From the human T2T-CHM13v2.0 reference genome, Homo sapiens, in the NCBI RefSeq assembly GCF_009914755.1, contig NC_060933.1: a stretch of DNA of 64,000 nt. One strand, written 5' to 3'. A model generated the notes under the pieces. That model saw only the letters and a program-made list of their open reading frames with translations, made no database searches and had not been told where the DNA came from. Of the stretch, positions 31,201-45,399 are shown one piece after another (within the stretch, counting starts at the first letter, position 1; the number at the start of each line of letters is the position of its first letter). The translations under genes and the position numbers were made by a program.

Positions 31201-32760
31201 ATTCCATTTCATTCCATTCTATTCAGGTTAATTCCATTCCATTCCATTCCATTCCATTCCATTCCAATCGAGTTGATTCCATTCCATTCTATCCCATTCC
31301 ATTCCATTCCATTCCATTCCAATCGATTTGATTCCATTCCATTCCATTCCATTCCACTCCATTCCAGTCCTTTCCATTCCATTCCACTCGGGTTGATTCC
31401 ATTCTATTCCTTCCCATTCCATTCCATTCCATTCCACTCGGGTTGATTCCATTCTATTCCTTTCCATTCCATTCCATTCCATTGCAATCGAGTTGATTCC
31501 TTTCGAGTTGAATCCATTCCATTCCATTCCATTCCATTACATTACATTGCACACGGGTTCATTCCATTCCATTCCATTCCATTCCATTCCATTCCATTCC
31601 ACTCCATTTCATTCCATTCCATTCTATTCCGTACCATTCCATTACATCCCATTCCATTCCATTCCATTCCATGCCATTACACTCGGGTTGATTCCATTCC
31701 TTTCCATTCCATTCTTGTTGAATCCATTCCATTCCATTCCATTCCATTCGAATACATTCCATTGCACTCGGTTTGATTCCATTCCATTCCATTCCATTCC
31801 ATTTCATTCCATTCCCTTCCATTACATTCGGACTGATTCTATTCAATTCCCTTACACTCCATTACATTCCATTCCATTCGGGATGTTTCCATTCCATTCC
31901 ATTCCATTCCATTCCATTCCATTGCATCGGGTTGATTCCATTCCATTCCATTCCATTCCATTCCGGATGATTCCATTCCATTGCATTCAATTCCATCCCA
32001 TTCCCCTGCACTCGGGTTCATTACATTCCATTCCATTCCCTTCCATTCCTTTCCATTCCATTCCATTCCATTCTATTCGGGTTAATTCCATTCCATTCCA
32101 CTCCATTCCATTCCATTCCATTCCATTCCATTCCATTCCATTGCAATCTAGTTGATTCCATTCCATTCCATTCCATTCCGTTCCGGATGATTCCATTCCA
32201 TTGCATTCCATTCCATTCCATTCCCGTGTAGTCAGGTTGATTCCATTCCATTCCATTCCATTCCATTCCATTCCGTTCCGTTCCATTCCATTCCATTCCA
32301 TTCCATTCTATTCGGGTTAATTCCATTCCATTCCATTCCATTCCATTCCATTCCATTCCATTCAAATTCCATTCCACTCCATTCCAATCGAGTTGATTCC
32401 ATTCCATTCCGTTCCATTCCATTCCACTCCATTCCAGTCCTTTCCATTCCATTCCACTCGGGTTGATTCCATTCTATTCATTCCCATTCCATTCCATTCC
32501 ATTGCAATCGAGTTGATTCCATTGTTTTCATTGCATTCCATTCCATTCCATTCCATTCCGGATGATTCCATTCCATTGCATTCCATTGCATTCCATTCCC
32601 CTGCACTCGGGTTGATTCCATTCCATTCCACTCCATTCCGTTCCATTCCATTCCATTCCATTCCATTGTATTCGGGTCAATTCCATTCCATTCCATTCCA
32701 TTCCATTCCATTCCATTCCAGTCCATTAAAATCGAGTTGATTCCATTCCATTCCATTCCA
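25230..32760 (+). repeat. Large duplicated block, copy 2 (paralog of ~13285-21600)
   Basis: Shares e.g. ccgtttcatgcc, ctaggtatgattcc, ctattccgaacc, tttcacacgtgttc, ccttccaagcc, gcatcgggatcattcc, cgggataattcc and cgtgttaatgcc in the same order. It lacks the extra 924-bp unit of copy 1. Confidence 0.88.
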
Positions 32761-33523
32761 TACCATTCCATTCCATTCCATTCCATTCCAGTGCTTTCCA
32801 TTCCATTCCTCTCGGGTTGATTCCATTCTATTAGTTTCCATTCCATTCCATTCCCTTCCATTCCACTCTTGTTGATTCCATTCCTTTCCATTGCACTCGA
32901 ATACATTCCCTCCGATTCCACTCGGAACGATTCCATTCCATTCCATTCCATTCCATTCCATTCCATTACATTCCATTCCATTCCATTGTACTCGGGTTGA
33001 TTCAATTCCATTGCATTCCATTCCATTCCATTCCATTCCATTCCATTCCGTTGCATTCCATTCCATTACATTCGGATTGATTCTATTCAACTCCCTTACT
33101 CTCCATTACATTCCATTCCATTAGGGTTGTTCCATTCCATTCCATTCCATTCCACTCCATTCCATTACACTCGGGTTGATTCCATTCCATTCCATTCCAT
33201 TGCGGATGATTCCATTCCATTGCATTCCGTTCCATTACATTCCCCTGCACTCGTGTTGATTCCATTCCATTCCATTCCATTCCATTCCATTCCATTCCAT
33301 TCCATTACAATTCGTTCCATTCCATTCTATTCCATAGCATTCCATTCCATTCCATAGCATTCCATTCCATTCCATTCCATTCCGTTCCATTCCATTGCAT
33401 TCCATTCCATTCCATTCTATTCGAATTAATTCCATTCCATTCCATTACATTCCATTCTATTCCATTCCATTGCAATCGATTTGAACCCATTGCATTTCAT
33501 TCCATTCCATTCCATTCCATTCC

Positions 33524-36500
33524 ATTCCGGAAGATTCCATTCCATTGCATTCCATTCCATTCCATTCCATTCCCCTGCACTCGCGTTGATTCCATTCCAT
33601 TCCATTCCATTCCATTCCGTTCTGTTCCATTCCATTCCATTCCATTCCATTCCATTACGTTCCGTTCCATTCCATTCCATTCCATTCTCTTCGGGTTAAT
33701 TCCATTCCATTCCATTCGATTGCAATCGAGTTGATTCCATTCCATTCCATTCCATTCCATTCCATTCCGGAAGATTCCATTCCATTGCATTCCATTCCAT
33801 TCCATTCCCCTGCACTCGCGTTGATTCCATTCCATTCCATTCCATTCCATTCCATTCCGTTCCGTTCCATTCCATTCCATTCCATTCCATTCTATTCGGG
33901 TTAATTCCATTCCATTCCATTCGATTGCAATCGAGTTGATTCCATTCCATTCCATTCCATTCCATTCCATTCCATTCCATTCCATTCCTTTCCATTCCAT
34001 TACGGATGATTCCATTCCATTGCACTCCATTCCATTCCATTCCCCTGTACTCGGGTTGATTCCATTCCATTCCATTCCAATCCATGCCATTCCACTCGTG
34101 TTGATTCCATTCTTTCCATTCCATTCAAGTTGAATCCATTCCATTGCATTCCATTCCATTCGATTCCATTCGATTGCACTCGGGTTGATTCCATTCCATT
34201 CCATTCCATTCCATTCCATTCCATTCCATTCCATTCTGTTCCGTTCCATTCCATTCCATTCCATTCTATTCCATTCCGTTCCGTTCCATTCCATTCCATT
34301 CCATTCTATTCGGGTTAATTCCATTCCATTCCATTCGATTGCAATCGAGTTGATTCCATTCCATTCCATTCCATTCCATTCCATTCCATTCCATTCCTTT
34401 CCATTCCATTACGGATGATTCCATTCCATTGCATTCCATTCCATTCCATTCCCCTGTACTCGGGTTGATTCCATTCCATTCCATTCCAATCCATGCCATT
34501 CCACTAGTGTTCATTCTATTCTTTCCATTCCATTCAAGTTGAATCCATTCCATTGCATTCCATTCCATTTGATTCCATTCGATTGCACTCGGGTTGATTC
34601 CATTCCATTGCATTCCATTCCATTCCATTCCGTTACATTCCATTCCATTACATTCGGATTGATTCTATTCAATTCCCTTACACTCCATTACTTTCCGTTC
34701 CATTCGGGTAGTTTCCATTCCATTCCATTCCATATCTCTCCATTCCATTGCACTCGGGTTGATTCCATTCCATTGCATTCCATTCCATTCCATTCAATTC
34801 CATTCCATTCCATTCCATTCCATTCCATTCCGTTCCATTCCATTCCGTTAAATTCGGATTGATTCTATTCAATTCCGTTACACTACATTACATTCCATTT
34901 CATTCGGGTAGTTTCCATTCCATTCCATTCCATTCCTCTCCATTCCATTGCACTAGGGTTGATTCCATTCCATTGCATTCCGTTCCATTCCATTCAATTG
35001 CATTCTGTTCCATTCCATTCCATTACATTCGGATTGATTCTATTCAACTCCCTTACTCTCCGTTACATTCCATTCCATTCGGGTTGTTCCATTCCATTCC
35101 ATTTCACTCCATTCCATTGCACTCGGGTTGATTCCATTCCATTCCATTCCATTCCATTCCATTCCGTAAGATTCCATTCCATTGCATTCCATTCCATTCC
35201 ATTCCCCTGCACTCGCGTTGATTCCAGTGCATTCCATTCCATTCCATTAGATTCCATTCCATTCCATTCCTTTCCGTTCCATTCCATTCCATTCCATTCC
35301 ATTCCATTCCGTTCCGTTCCGTTCCGTTCCATTCCATTCCAAATCCATTCTATTCGGGTTATTTCCATTCCATTCCATTGGATAGCAATCGAGTTGATTC
35401 CATTCCATTCCATTCCATTCCATTCCATTGCATTCCATTCCATTCCATTCCCCTGCACTCGCGTTGATTCCATTCCATTCCATACCATTCCATTCCATTC
35501 CATTCCATTCCTTTCCGTTCCATTCCATTCCATTCCATTCCATTCCATTCCATTCCGTTCCATTCCATTCCATTCCATTCTATTCGGGTTAATTCCATTC
35601 CATTCCATTCGATTGCAATCGAGTTGATTCCATTCCATTCCATTCCATTCCATTCCTTTCCATTCCATTACGGATGATTCCGTTCCATTGCATTCCATTC
35701 CATTCCATTCCCCTGTACTCGGGTTCATTCCATTCCATTCCATTCCAATCCATGCCTTTCCACTCGTGTTGATTCCATTCCTTCCATTCCATTCAAGTTG
35801 AATCCATTCCATTGCATTCCATTCCATTACATTCCATTCCCCTGCAGTCGGGTTGATTCCATTCCATTCCATTCCATTCCATTCCATTCCATTCCATTCC
35901 GTTCCGTTCCGTTCCGTTCCATTCCATTCCATTCCATTTTATTCGGGTTAATTCCATTCCATTCCATTCCATTCCATTCCAGTCGAGTTGATTCCATTCC
36001 ATTCCATTCCATTCCATTCCACTCCATTCCAGTCCTTTCCATTCCATTCCACTCGGGTTGATTCCAATGTATTCCTTTCCATTCCATTCCATTCCATTGC
36101 AATCGAGTTGATTCCATTGCTTTGCATTCCATTCCATTCCATTCCATTCCGGATGATTCCATTCCATTGCATTCCATTCCATTCCATTCCCCTGCACTCG
36201 GGTTGATTCCATTCCATTCCACTCCATTCCGTTCCATTCCATTCCATTCCATTGTATTCGGGTTAATTCCATTCCATTCCATTCCATTCCATTCCATTCC
36301 ATTCCATTACAATCGAGTTGATTCCATTCCATTCCATTCCATTCCATTCCGGATGATTCCATTCCATTGCATTCCGTTCCATTACATTCCCCTGCACTCG
36401 GGTTGATTCCATTCCATTCTATTCCATTCCATTCCATTCCATTCCATTCCATTCCATTCCGTTGCATTCCATTGCATTTCATTCGGATTGATTCTATTCA

Positions 36501-39500
36501 ACTCCCTTACTCTCCATTACATTCCATTCCATTCGGGTTGTTCCATTCCATTCCATTCCATTCCACTCCATTCCATTGCACTCGGATTGATTCCATTCCA
36601 TTCCATTCTATTCCATTCCATTCCGGATGATTCCATTCCATTGCATTCCATTCCATTACATTCCCCTGCACTCGGGTTGATTCCATTCCATTCTATTCCA
36701 TTCCATTCGATTCCATTCCATTCCAATTCTTTCCATTCCATTCTATTCCGTACCATTCCATTCCATTGCATACAATTCCATTCCATTCCATTCCACTCCG
36801 TTCCGTTCCGTTCCGTTCCATTCCGTTCCATTCCATTCCATTCCATTCTATTCGGTTTAATTCCATTCCATTCCATTGTATTCCATTCCATTGCAATCGA
36901 TTTGAATCCATTGCATTCCATTCCATTCCATTCCATTCCATTCCGGAAGATTCCATTCCATTGCATTGCATTCCATTCCATTCCATTCCATTCCATTCCA
37001 TTCCATTCCATTGTACTCGGGTTGATTCCATTCCATTGCATTGCATTCCATTCCATTCCATTCCATTCCATTCCATTCCAGTCCGTTCCATTCCATTCCA
37101 TTACATTCGGATTGATTCTTTTCAACTCCCTTACTCTCCACTACATTCCATTCCATTCGGGTTGTTCCATTCCATTCCATTCCATTCCGGAAGATTCCAT
37201 TCCATTGCATTCCATTCCATTCCATTCCCCTGCACTCGCGTTGATTCCATTCCATTCCATTCCATTCCATTCCATTCCTTTCCGTTCCATTCCATTCCAT
37301 TCCATTCCATTCCAATCCATTGCATTCCGTTCCGTTCCGTTCCATTCCATTCCATTCCATTCTATTCGGGTTAATTCCATTCCATTCCATTCGATTGCAA
37401 TCGAGTTGATTCCATTTCATTCTATTCCATTCCATTCCATTCCTTTCCATTCCATTACGGATGATTCCATTCCATTGCATTCCATTCCATTCCATTCCCC
37501 TGTACTCGGGTTGATTCCATTCCATTCCATTCCAATCCATGCCATTCCACTCGTGTTGATTCCATTCTTTCCATTCCATTCAAGTTGAATCCATTCCATT
37601 GCATTCCATTCCATTCCATTACCCTGCAGTCGGGTTGATTCCATTCCATTCCATTCCATTACATTTCATTCCATTGCATTCCGTTCCGTTCCATTCCATT
37701 CCATTCCATTCTATTCGGGTTAATTCCATTCCATTCCATTCCATTCCATTCCAATCGAGTTGATTCCATTCCATTCCATTCCATTCCATTCCACTCCATT
37801 CCAGTCCTTTCCATTCCATTCCACTCGGGTTGATTCCTATGTATTCCTTTCCATTCCATTCCATTCCATTGCAATCGTGTTGATTCCATTGCTTTGCATT
37901 CCATTCCACTCCATTCCATTCCGGATGATTCCATTCCATTGCATTCCATTCCATTCCATTCCCCTGCACTCGGGTTGATTCCATTCCATTCCACTCCATT
38001 CCGTTCCATTCCATTCCATTCCATTGTATTCGGGTTAATTCCATTCCATTCCATTCCATTCCATTCCATTCCATTACAATCGAGTTGATTCCATTCCATT
38101 CCATTCCATTCCAGTCCTTTCCATTCCATTCCACTCGGGTTGATTCCATTCTATTAGTTTCCATTCCATTCCATTCCCTTCCATTCCACTCTGGTTGATA
38201 CCATTCCTTTCCATTCCACTCGAATACATTCCCTCCTATTCCACTCGGAACGATTCCATTCCATTCCATTCCATTCCATTCCATTCCATTCCGTTCCATT
38301 CCATTTCGTTCCATTCCATTCTATTCCGTATCATTCCATTCCATTCCATTCCATTCCATTCCATTCCATTCCATTCCATTCCATTGTACTCAGGTTGATT
38401 CAATTCCATTGCATTCCATTCCATTCCATTCCATTCCATTCCATTCCATTCAATTCCATTCCATTACAATTCGTTCCATTCCATTCTATTCCGTACCATT
38501 CCATTCCATTCCATACCATTCCATTCCATTCCATTCCATTCCGTTCCATTCCGTTCCATTCCATTCCATTCCATTCTATTCGGATTAATTCCATTCCATT
38601 CCATTCCATTCCATTCCATTCCATTCCATTGCATTTCGTTCCATTCCATTCTGTTCCGTATCATTCCATTCCATTCCATTCCATTCCCTTCCATTCCATG
38701 CCATTACATTCCACTCGTGTTGATTCCATTCCTTTCCATTCCATTCGGTTTGAAGGCATTCCATTCCATTCCATTCCATTCCATTCCATTGTACTCGGGT
38801 TGATTCCATTCCATTGCATTCCATTCCATTCCAATCCGTTGCATTCCATTCCATTACATTCGGATTGATTCTATTCAACTCCCTTACTCTCCATTACATT
38901 CCATTCCATTCGGGTTGTTCCATTCCATTCCATTCCATTCCACTCCATTCTATTGCACTCGGGTTGATTCCATTCCATTCCATTACATTCCATTCCATTC
39001 CGGATGATTCCGTTCCATTGCATTCCGTTCCATTACATTCCCCTGCACTCGCGTTGATTCCATTCCATTCCATTCCATTCCATTCCATTACAATTAGTTC
39101 CATTCCATTCTATTCCGTACCATTCCATTCCATTCCATACCATACCATACCATTCCATTCCATTCCATTCCATTCCATTCCGTTCCGTTCCATTCCGTTC
39201 CATTCCATTCCATTCCATTCTATTCGGGTTAATTCCATTCCATTCCATTCCAATCCATTCCATTCCATTGCAATCGAGTTGAATCCATTGCATTTCAATC
39301 CATTCCATTCCATTCCATTCCATTCCATTCCATTGCAATCGAGTTGAATCCATTGCATTTCATTCCATTCCATTCCATTCCATTCCATTCCGGAAGATTC
39401 CATTCCATTGCATTCCATTCCATTCCATTCCCCTGCACTTGCGTTGATTCCATTCCATTCCATTCCATTCCATTCCGTTCCGTTCCGTTCCATTTCATTC

Positions 39501-42500
39501 CATTCCATTCCATTCCATTCCGTTCCGTTCCATTCCATTCCATTCCATTCTATTCGGGTTAATTCCATTCCATTCCATTCGATTGCAATCGAGTTGATTC
39601 CATTCCATTGCATTCAATTCCGTTCCGGATGATTCCATTCTATTGCATTCCATTCCATTCCATTCCCCTGCAGTCGGGTTGATTCCATTCCATTCCATTC
39701 TATTCCATTCCATTCCGTTCCATTCCATTCCATTCCATTCTATTCGGGTTAATTCCATTCCATTCCTTTCCATTCCATTCCATTGCATTCCAATCGAGTT
39801 GATTCCATTCCATTCCATTCCATTCCATTCCACTCCATTCCAGTCCTTTCCATTCCATTACACTCGGGTTGATTCCGTTCTATTCCTTTCCATTCCATTC
39901 CATTCCATTGCAATCGAGTTGATTCCATTGCTTTGCATTCCATTCCATTCCATTCCATTCCGGATGATTCCATTCCATTGCTTTCCATTCCATTCCATTC
40001 CCCTGCACTCGGGTTGATTCCATTCCATTCTACTCCATTCCGTTCCATTCTAGTCCATTCCATTTTTTTCGGGTTAATTCCATTCCATTCCATTCCATTC
40101 CATTCCATTACAATGTAGTTGATTCCATTCAATTCCATTCCATTCCATTCCATTCCAGTCCTTTCCATTCCATTCCACTCGGGTTGATTCCATTCTATCA
40201 GTTTCCATTCCATTCCATTCCCTTCCATTCCAATCTGGTTGATTCCATTCCTTTCCCTTCCACTCGAATACATTCCCTCCTATTCCACTCAGAACGATTC
40301 CATTCCATTCCATTCCATTCCATTCCATTCCATTCCATTCCATTCCAGTTCGTTCCATTCCATTCTATTCCGTACCATTCTATTCCATTCCATTCCAGTC
40401 GTGGTGATTCCATTCCTTTCCATTCCATTCGGTTTGAAGGCATTCCATTCCATTCAATTCCATTCCATTCCATTCCATTCCATTCCATTCCATTCCATTG
40501 TACTCGAGTTGATTCCATTCCATTGCATTCCATTCCATTCCATTCCATTCCATTGTACTCGAGTTGATTCCATTCCATTGCATTCCATTCCATTCCATTC
40601 CATTCCATTCCAGTCCTTTCCATTCCATTCCACTCGGGTTGATTCCAATGTATTCCTTTCCATTCCATTCCATTCCATTGCAATCGAGTTGATTCCATTG
40701 CTTTGCATTCCATTCCATTCCATTCCATTCCGGATGACTCCATTCCATTGCATTCCATTCCATTGCATTCCCCTGCACTCGGGTTGATTCCATTCCATTC
40801 CACTCCATTCCGTTGCATTGCATTCCATTCCATTGTATTCGGGTTAATTCCATTCCATTCCATTCCATTCCATTCCATTCCATTACAATCGAGTTGATTC
40901 CATTCCATTCCATTCCATTTCATTCCATTCCAGTCCTTTCCATTCCATTCCACTCGGGTTGATTCCATTCTATTAGTTTCCATTCCATTCCGTTCCCTTC
41001 CATTCCACTCTGGTTGATTCCATTCCTTTCCATTCCACTCGAATACATTCCCTCCTATTCCACTCGGAACGATTCCATTCCATTCCATTCCATTCCATTC
41101 CATTCCATTCCATTCCATTCCATTCCATTTCGTTCCATTACATTCTATTCCGTATCATTCCATTCCATTCCATTCCATTCCATTCCATTCCACTCGTGTT
41201 GATTCCATTCCTTTCCATTCCATTCGGTTTGAAGGCATTCCATTCCATTCCATTCCATTCCATTCCATTCCATTCCATTCCATTCCATTCCATTGTACTC
41301 GGGTTGATTCCATTCCATTGCATTCCATCCCATTCCATTCCATTCCAATCCGTTGCATTCCATTCCATTCCATTCGGATTGATTCTATTCAACTCCCTTA
41401 CTCTCCAATTACATTCCATTCCATTCGGGTTGTTCCATTCCATTCCATTCCATTCCACTCCATTCCATTGCACTCGGGTTGATTCCATTCCTTTCCATTC
41501 CATTCCATTCCATTCCGGATGATTCCATTCCATTGCATTCCGTTCCATTACATTCCCCTGCACTCGCGTTGATTCCATTCCATTCCATTCCATTCCATTC
41601 CATTCCATTCCATTCCATTCAATTCCATTCCATTACAATTCGTTCCATTCCATTCTATTCCGTACCATTCCATTCCATTGCATACCATTCCATTCCATTC
41701 CATACCATTCCATTCCATTCCATTCCATTCCAATCTATTCCATTCCATTGCAATTGAGTTGAATCCATTGCATTTCATTCCATTCCATTCCATTCCATTC
41801 CATTGCAATCGAGTTGAATCCATTGCATTTCATTCCATTCCATTCCATTCCATTCCGGAAGATTCCATTCCATTGCATTCCATTCCATTCCATTCCCCTG
41901 CACTCGCGTTGATTCCATTCCATTCCATTCCATTCCATTCCATTCCATTCCGTTCCGTTCCGTTCCATTTCATTCCATTCCATTCCATTCCATTCCATTC
42001 CGTTCCGTTCCATTCCATTCCATTCCATTCTTTTCGGGTTAATTCCATTCCATTCCATTGCAATCGAGTTGATTCCATTCCATTCCATTCCATTCCATTC
42101 CATTCCATTCCATTCCATTCCAATCGAGTTGATTCCATTCCATTCCATTCCATTCCATTCCATTCCATTCCACTGCATTCCAGTCCTTTCCATTCCATTC
42201 CACTCGGGTTGATTCCATTCTATTCCTTTCCATTCCCTTCCATTCCATTGCAATCGAGTTGATTCCATTGCTTTGCATTCCATTCCATTCCATTGCATTC
42301 CGGATGATTCCATTCCATTGCATTTCATTCCATTCCATTTCCCTGCACTAGGGTTGATTCCATTCCATTCCACTCCATTCCCTTCCATTCTATTCCATTC
42401 CATTGTATTCGGGTTAATTCCATTCCATGCCATTTCATTCCATTCCATTCCATTCCATTCCATTCTATTACAATCGAGTTGATTCCATTCCATTCCATTC

Positions 42501-43948
42501 CATTCCATTCCATTCCATTCCAGTCCTTTCCATTCCATTCCACTCGGGTTGATTCCATTCTATTAGTTTCCATTCCATTCCATTCCCTTCCATTCCACTC
42601 TGGTTGATTCCATTCCTTTCCATTCCACTCGAATACATTCCCTCCTATTCCACTCGGAACGATTCCATTCCATTCCATTCCATTCCATTCCATTCCATTC
42701 CATTCCATTTCCTTCCATTCCATTCTATTCCGTACCATTCCATTCCATTCCATTCCATTCCTTTCCATTCCATTCCATTCCATTCCACTCTTGTTGATTC
42801 CATTCCTTTCCATTCCATTCGGTTTGAAGGCATTCCATTCCATTCAATTCCATTCCATTCCATTCCATTCCATTCCATTGTACTCGGGTTGATTCCATTC
42901 CATTGCATTCCATTCCATTCCATTCCATTCCATTCCGTTGCATTCCATTCCATTACATTCGGACTGATTCTATTCAACTCTCTTACTCTCCATTCCATTC
43001 CATTCCATTCGGGTTGTTCCATTCCATTCCATTCCACTCCATTCCATTGCACTCGTGTTGATTCCATTCCATTCCATTCCATACCATTCCATTCCATTCC
43101 ATTCAATTCCATTCCGTTCCATTCCGTTCCATTCCATTCCATTCCATTCTATTCGGGTTAATTCCATTCCATTCCATTCCATTCCATTCTATTCCATTCC
43201 ATTGCAATCGAGTTGAATCCATTGCATTTCATGCCATTCCATTCCATTCCATTCCATTCCGGAAGATTCCATTCCATTGCATTCCATTCCATTCCATTCC
43301 CCTGCACTCGCGTTGATTCCATTCCATTCCATTCCATTCCATTCCATTCCATTCCATTCCGTTCCGTTCCGTTCCGTTCCATTCCATTCTATGCCATTCC
43401 ATTCCATTCCATTCCTTTCCGTTCCATTCCATTCCATTCCATTCTATTTGGGTTAATTCCATTCCATTCCATTCGATTGCAATCGAGTTGATTCCATTCC
43501 ATTCCATTCCATTCCATTCCATTCCATTCCATTCCTTTCCATTACATTACGGATGATTCCATTCCATTGCATTCCATTCCATTCCATTCCCCTGTACTCG
43601 GGTTGATTCCATTCCATTCCATTCCAATCCATGCCATTCCACTCGTATTGATTCCATTCTTTCCATTCCATTCAAGTTGAATCCATTCCATTGCATTCCA
43701 TTACATTCGATTCCATTCGATTGCACTCGGGTTGATTCCATTCCATTGTATTCCATTCCATTCCATTCCATTCCATTCCATTCCGTTCCATTCCATTCCA
43801 TTGCATTCGGATTGATTCTATTCAACTCCCTTACTCTCCATTACTTTCGATTCCATTCGGGTTGTTCCATTCCATTCCATTCCATTCCACTCCATTCCAT
43901 TGCACTCGGGTTGATTTTATTCCATTCCATTCCATTCCGGAAGATTCC
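33524..43948. promoter_or_regulatory. Cluster of eight perfect 3-unit heat-shock-element matches (aTTCcgGAAgaTTCc)
   Basis: ATTCCGGAAGATTCC at 33524, 33764, 36940, 37184, 39387, 41852, 43256 and 43934 matches nTTCnnGAAnnTTCn. The motif match is direct; function is inferred only. Confidence 0.5.
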
Positions 43949-45399
43949 ATTCCATTGCATTCCATTACATTCCATTCCCCTGCACTCGCGTTGATTCCAT
44001 TCCATTCCATTCCATTCCATTGCATTCCATTGCATTCCATTGCATTCCATTCGCCTGCACTCAGGTTGATTCCATTCCATTCCATTCCATTCCATTCCAT
44101 TCCATTCCATTCCATTCTATTCGCGTTAATTCCATTCCACTCCATTCCATTACATTCCATTGCAATAGACTTGATTCCATTCCATTCCATTCCATTCCAT
44201 TCAAGTCCTTTCCATTCCATTCCACTCGTGTTGATTCCATTTTATTAGTTTCCATTCCAATCCTTTCCCTTCCATTCCACTCTGGTTGATTCCATTCCTT
44301 TCCATTCCACTCGAATTCATTCCCTTCTATTCCACTCGGAATGATTCCATTCCATTCCGTTCCATTCCATTCCATTCGATTCCATTTCCTACCATTGCAT
44401 TCTATTCCGTACCATTCCATTCCATTCCATTCCATCCCATTCCACTCTGGTTGATTCCATTGCTTTCCATTCCATTTGGGTTGAATCCATTCCATTCCAT
44501 TCCATTCCATTCCATTGCACTAGGTTTGATTCCATTCCACTGCATTCCATTCCATTCCATTCCATTCCATTCCATTCCATTCCATTCCGTTCCATTCAGT
44601 TCCATTACATTCGGATTGATTCTTTTTAATTCCGTCAGACTCCATTACATTCCATTCCATTCGGGTACTTTCCATTCCATTCCATTCCATTCCATTCCAT
44701 TGCACTGCATTATATTGCACTCGGGTTGATTGATTCCATTCCATTGCATTCCATTCCATTCCATTCCATTCCGGATGATTCCATTCCATTGCATTCCATT
44801 CTATTCCATTCCCCTGCACTCGGGTTGATTCCATTCCATTCCATTCCATTCCATTCTGTTCCGTTCCATTCCATTCCATTCCATTCTGTTCAGGTTAATT
44901 CCATTCCATTCCCTTCCATTCCATTCCATTCCATTCCATTGCAATCGAATTGATTCCATTGCATTCCATTTCATTCCATTCCATTGCATTCCATTCCATT
45001 CCTATCCCCTGCACTCAGGTTGATTCCATTCCATTCCATTCCATTCCATTCCATTCTATTCCATTCCATTCTATTCGCGGTAATTCCATTCCATTCCATT
45101 CCATTACCTTCCATTGCAATCGAGTTGATTCCATTCCATTCCGTTCCTTTCCATTCCATTCCATTCAAGTCCTTTCCATTCAATTCCAGTCGTGTTGATT
45201 CCATTTTATTAGTTTCCATTCCATTCCATTCCCTTCCATTCCACTCTGGTTGATTCCATTCCTTTCCATTCCACTCGAATACATTCCCTTCTATTCCACT
45301 CGGAATGATTCCATTCCATTCCGTTCCATTCCATTCCATTCCATTCCATTTCTTTCCATTCCATTCTATTCCGTACCATTCCATTCCATTCCATTCCAT

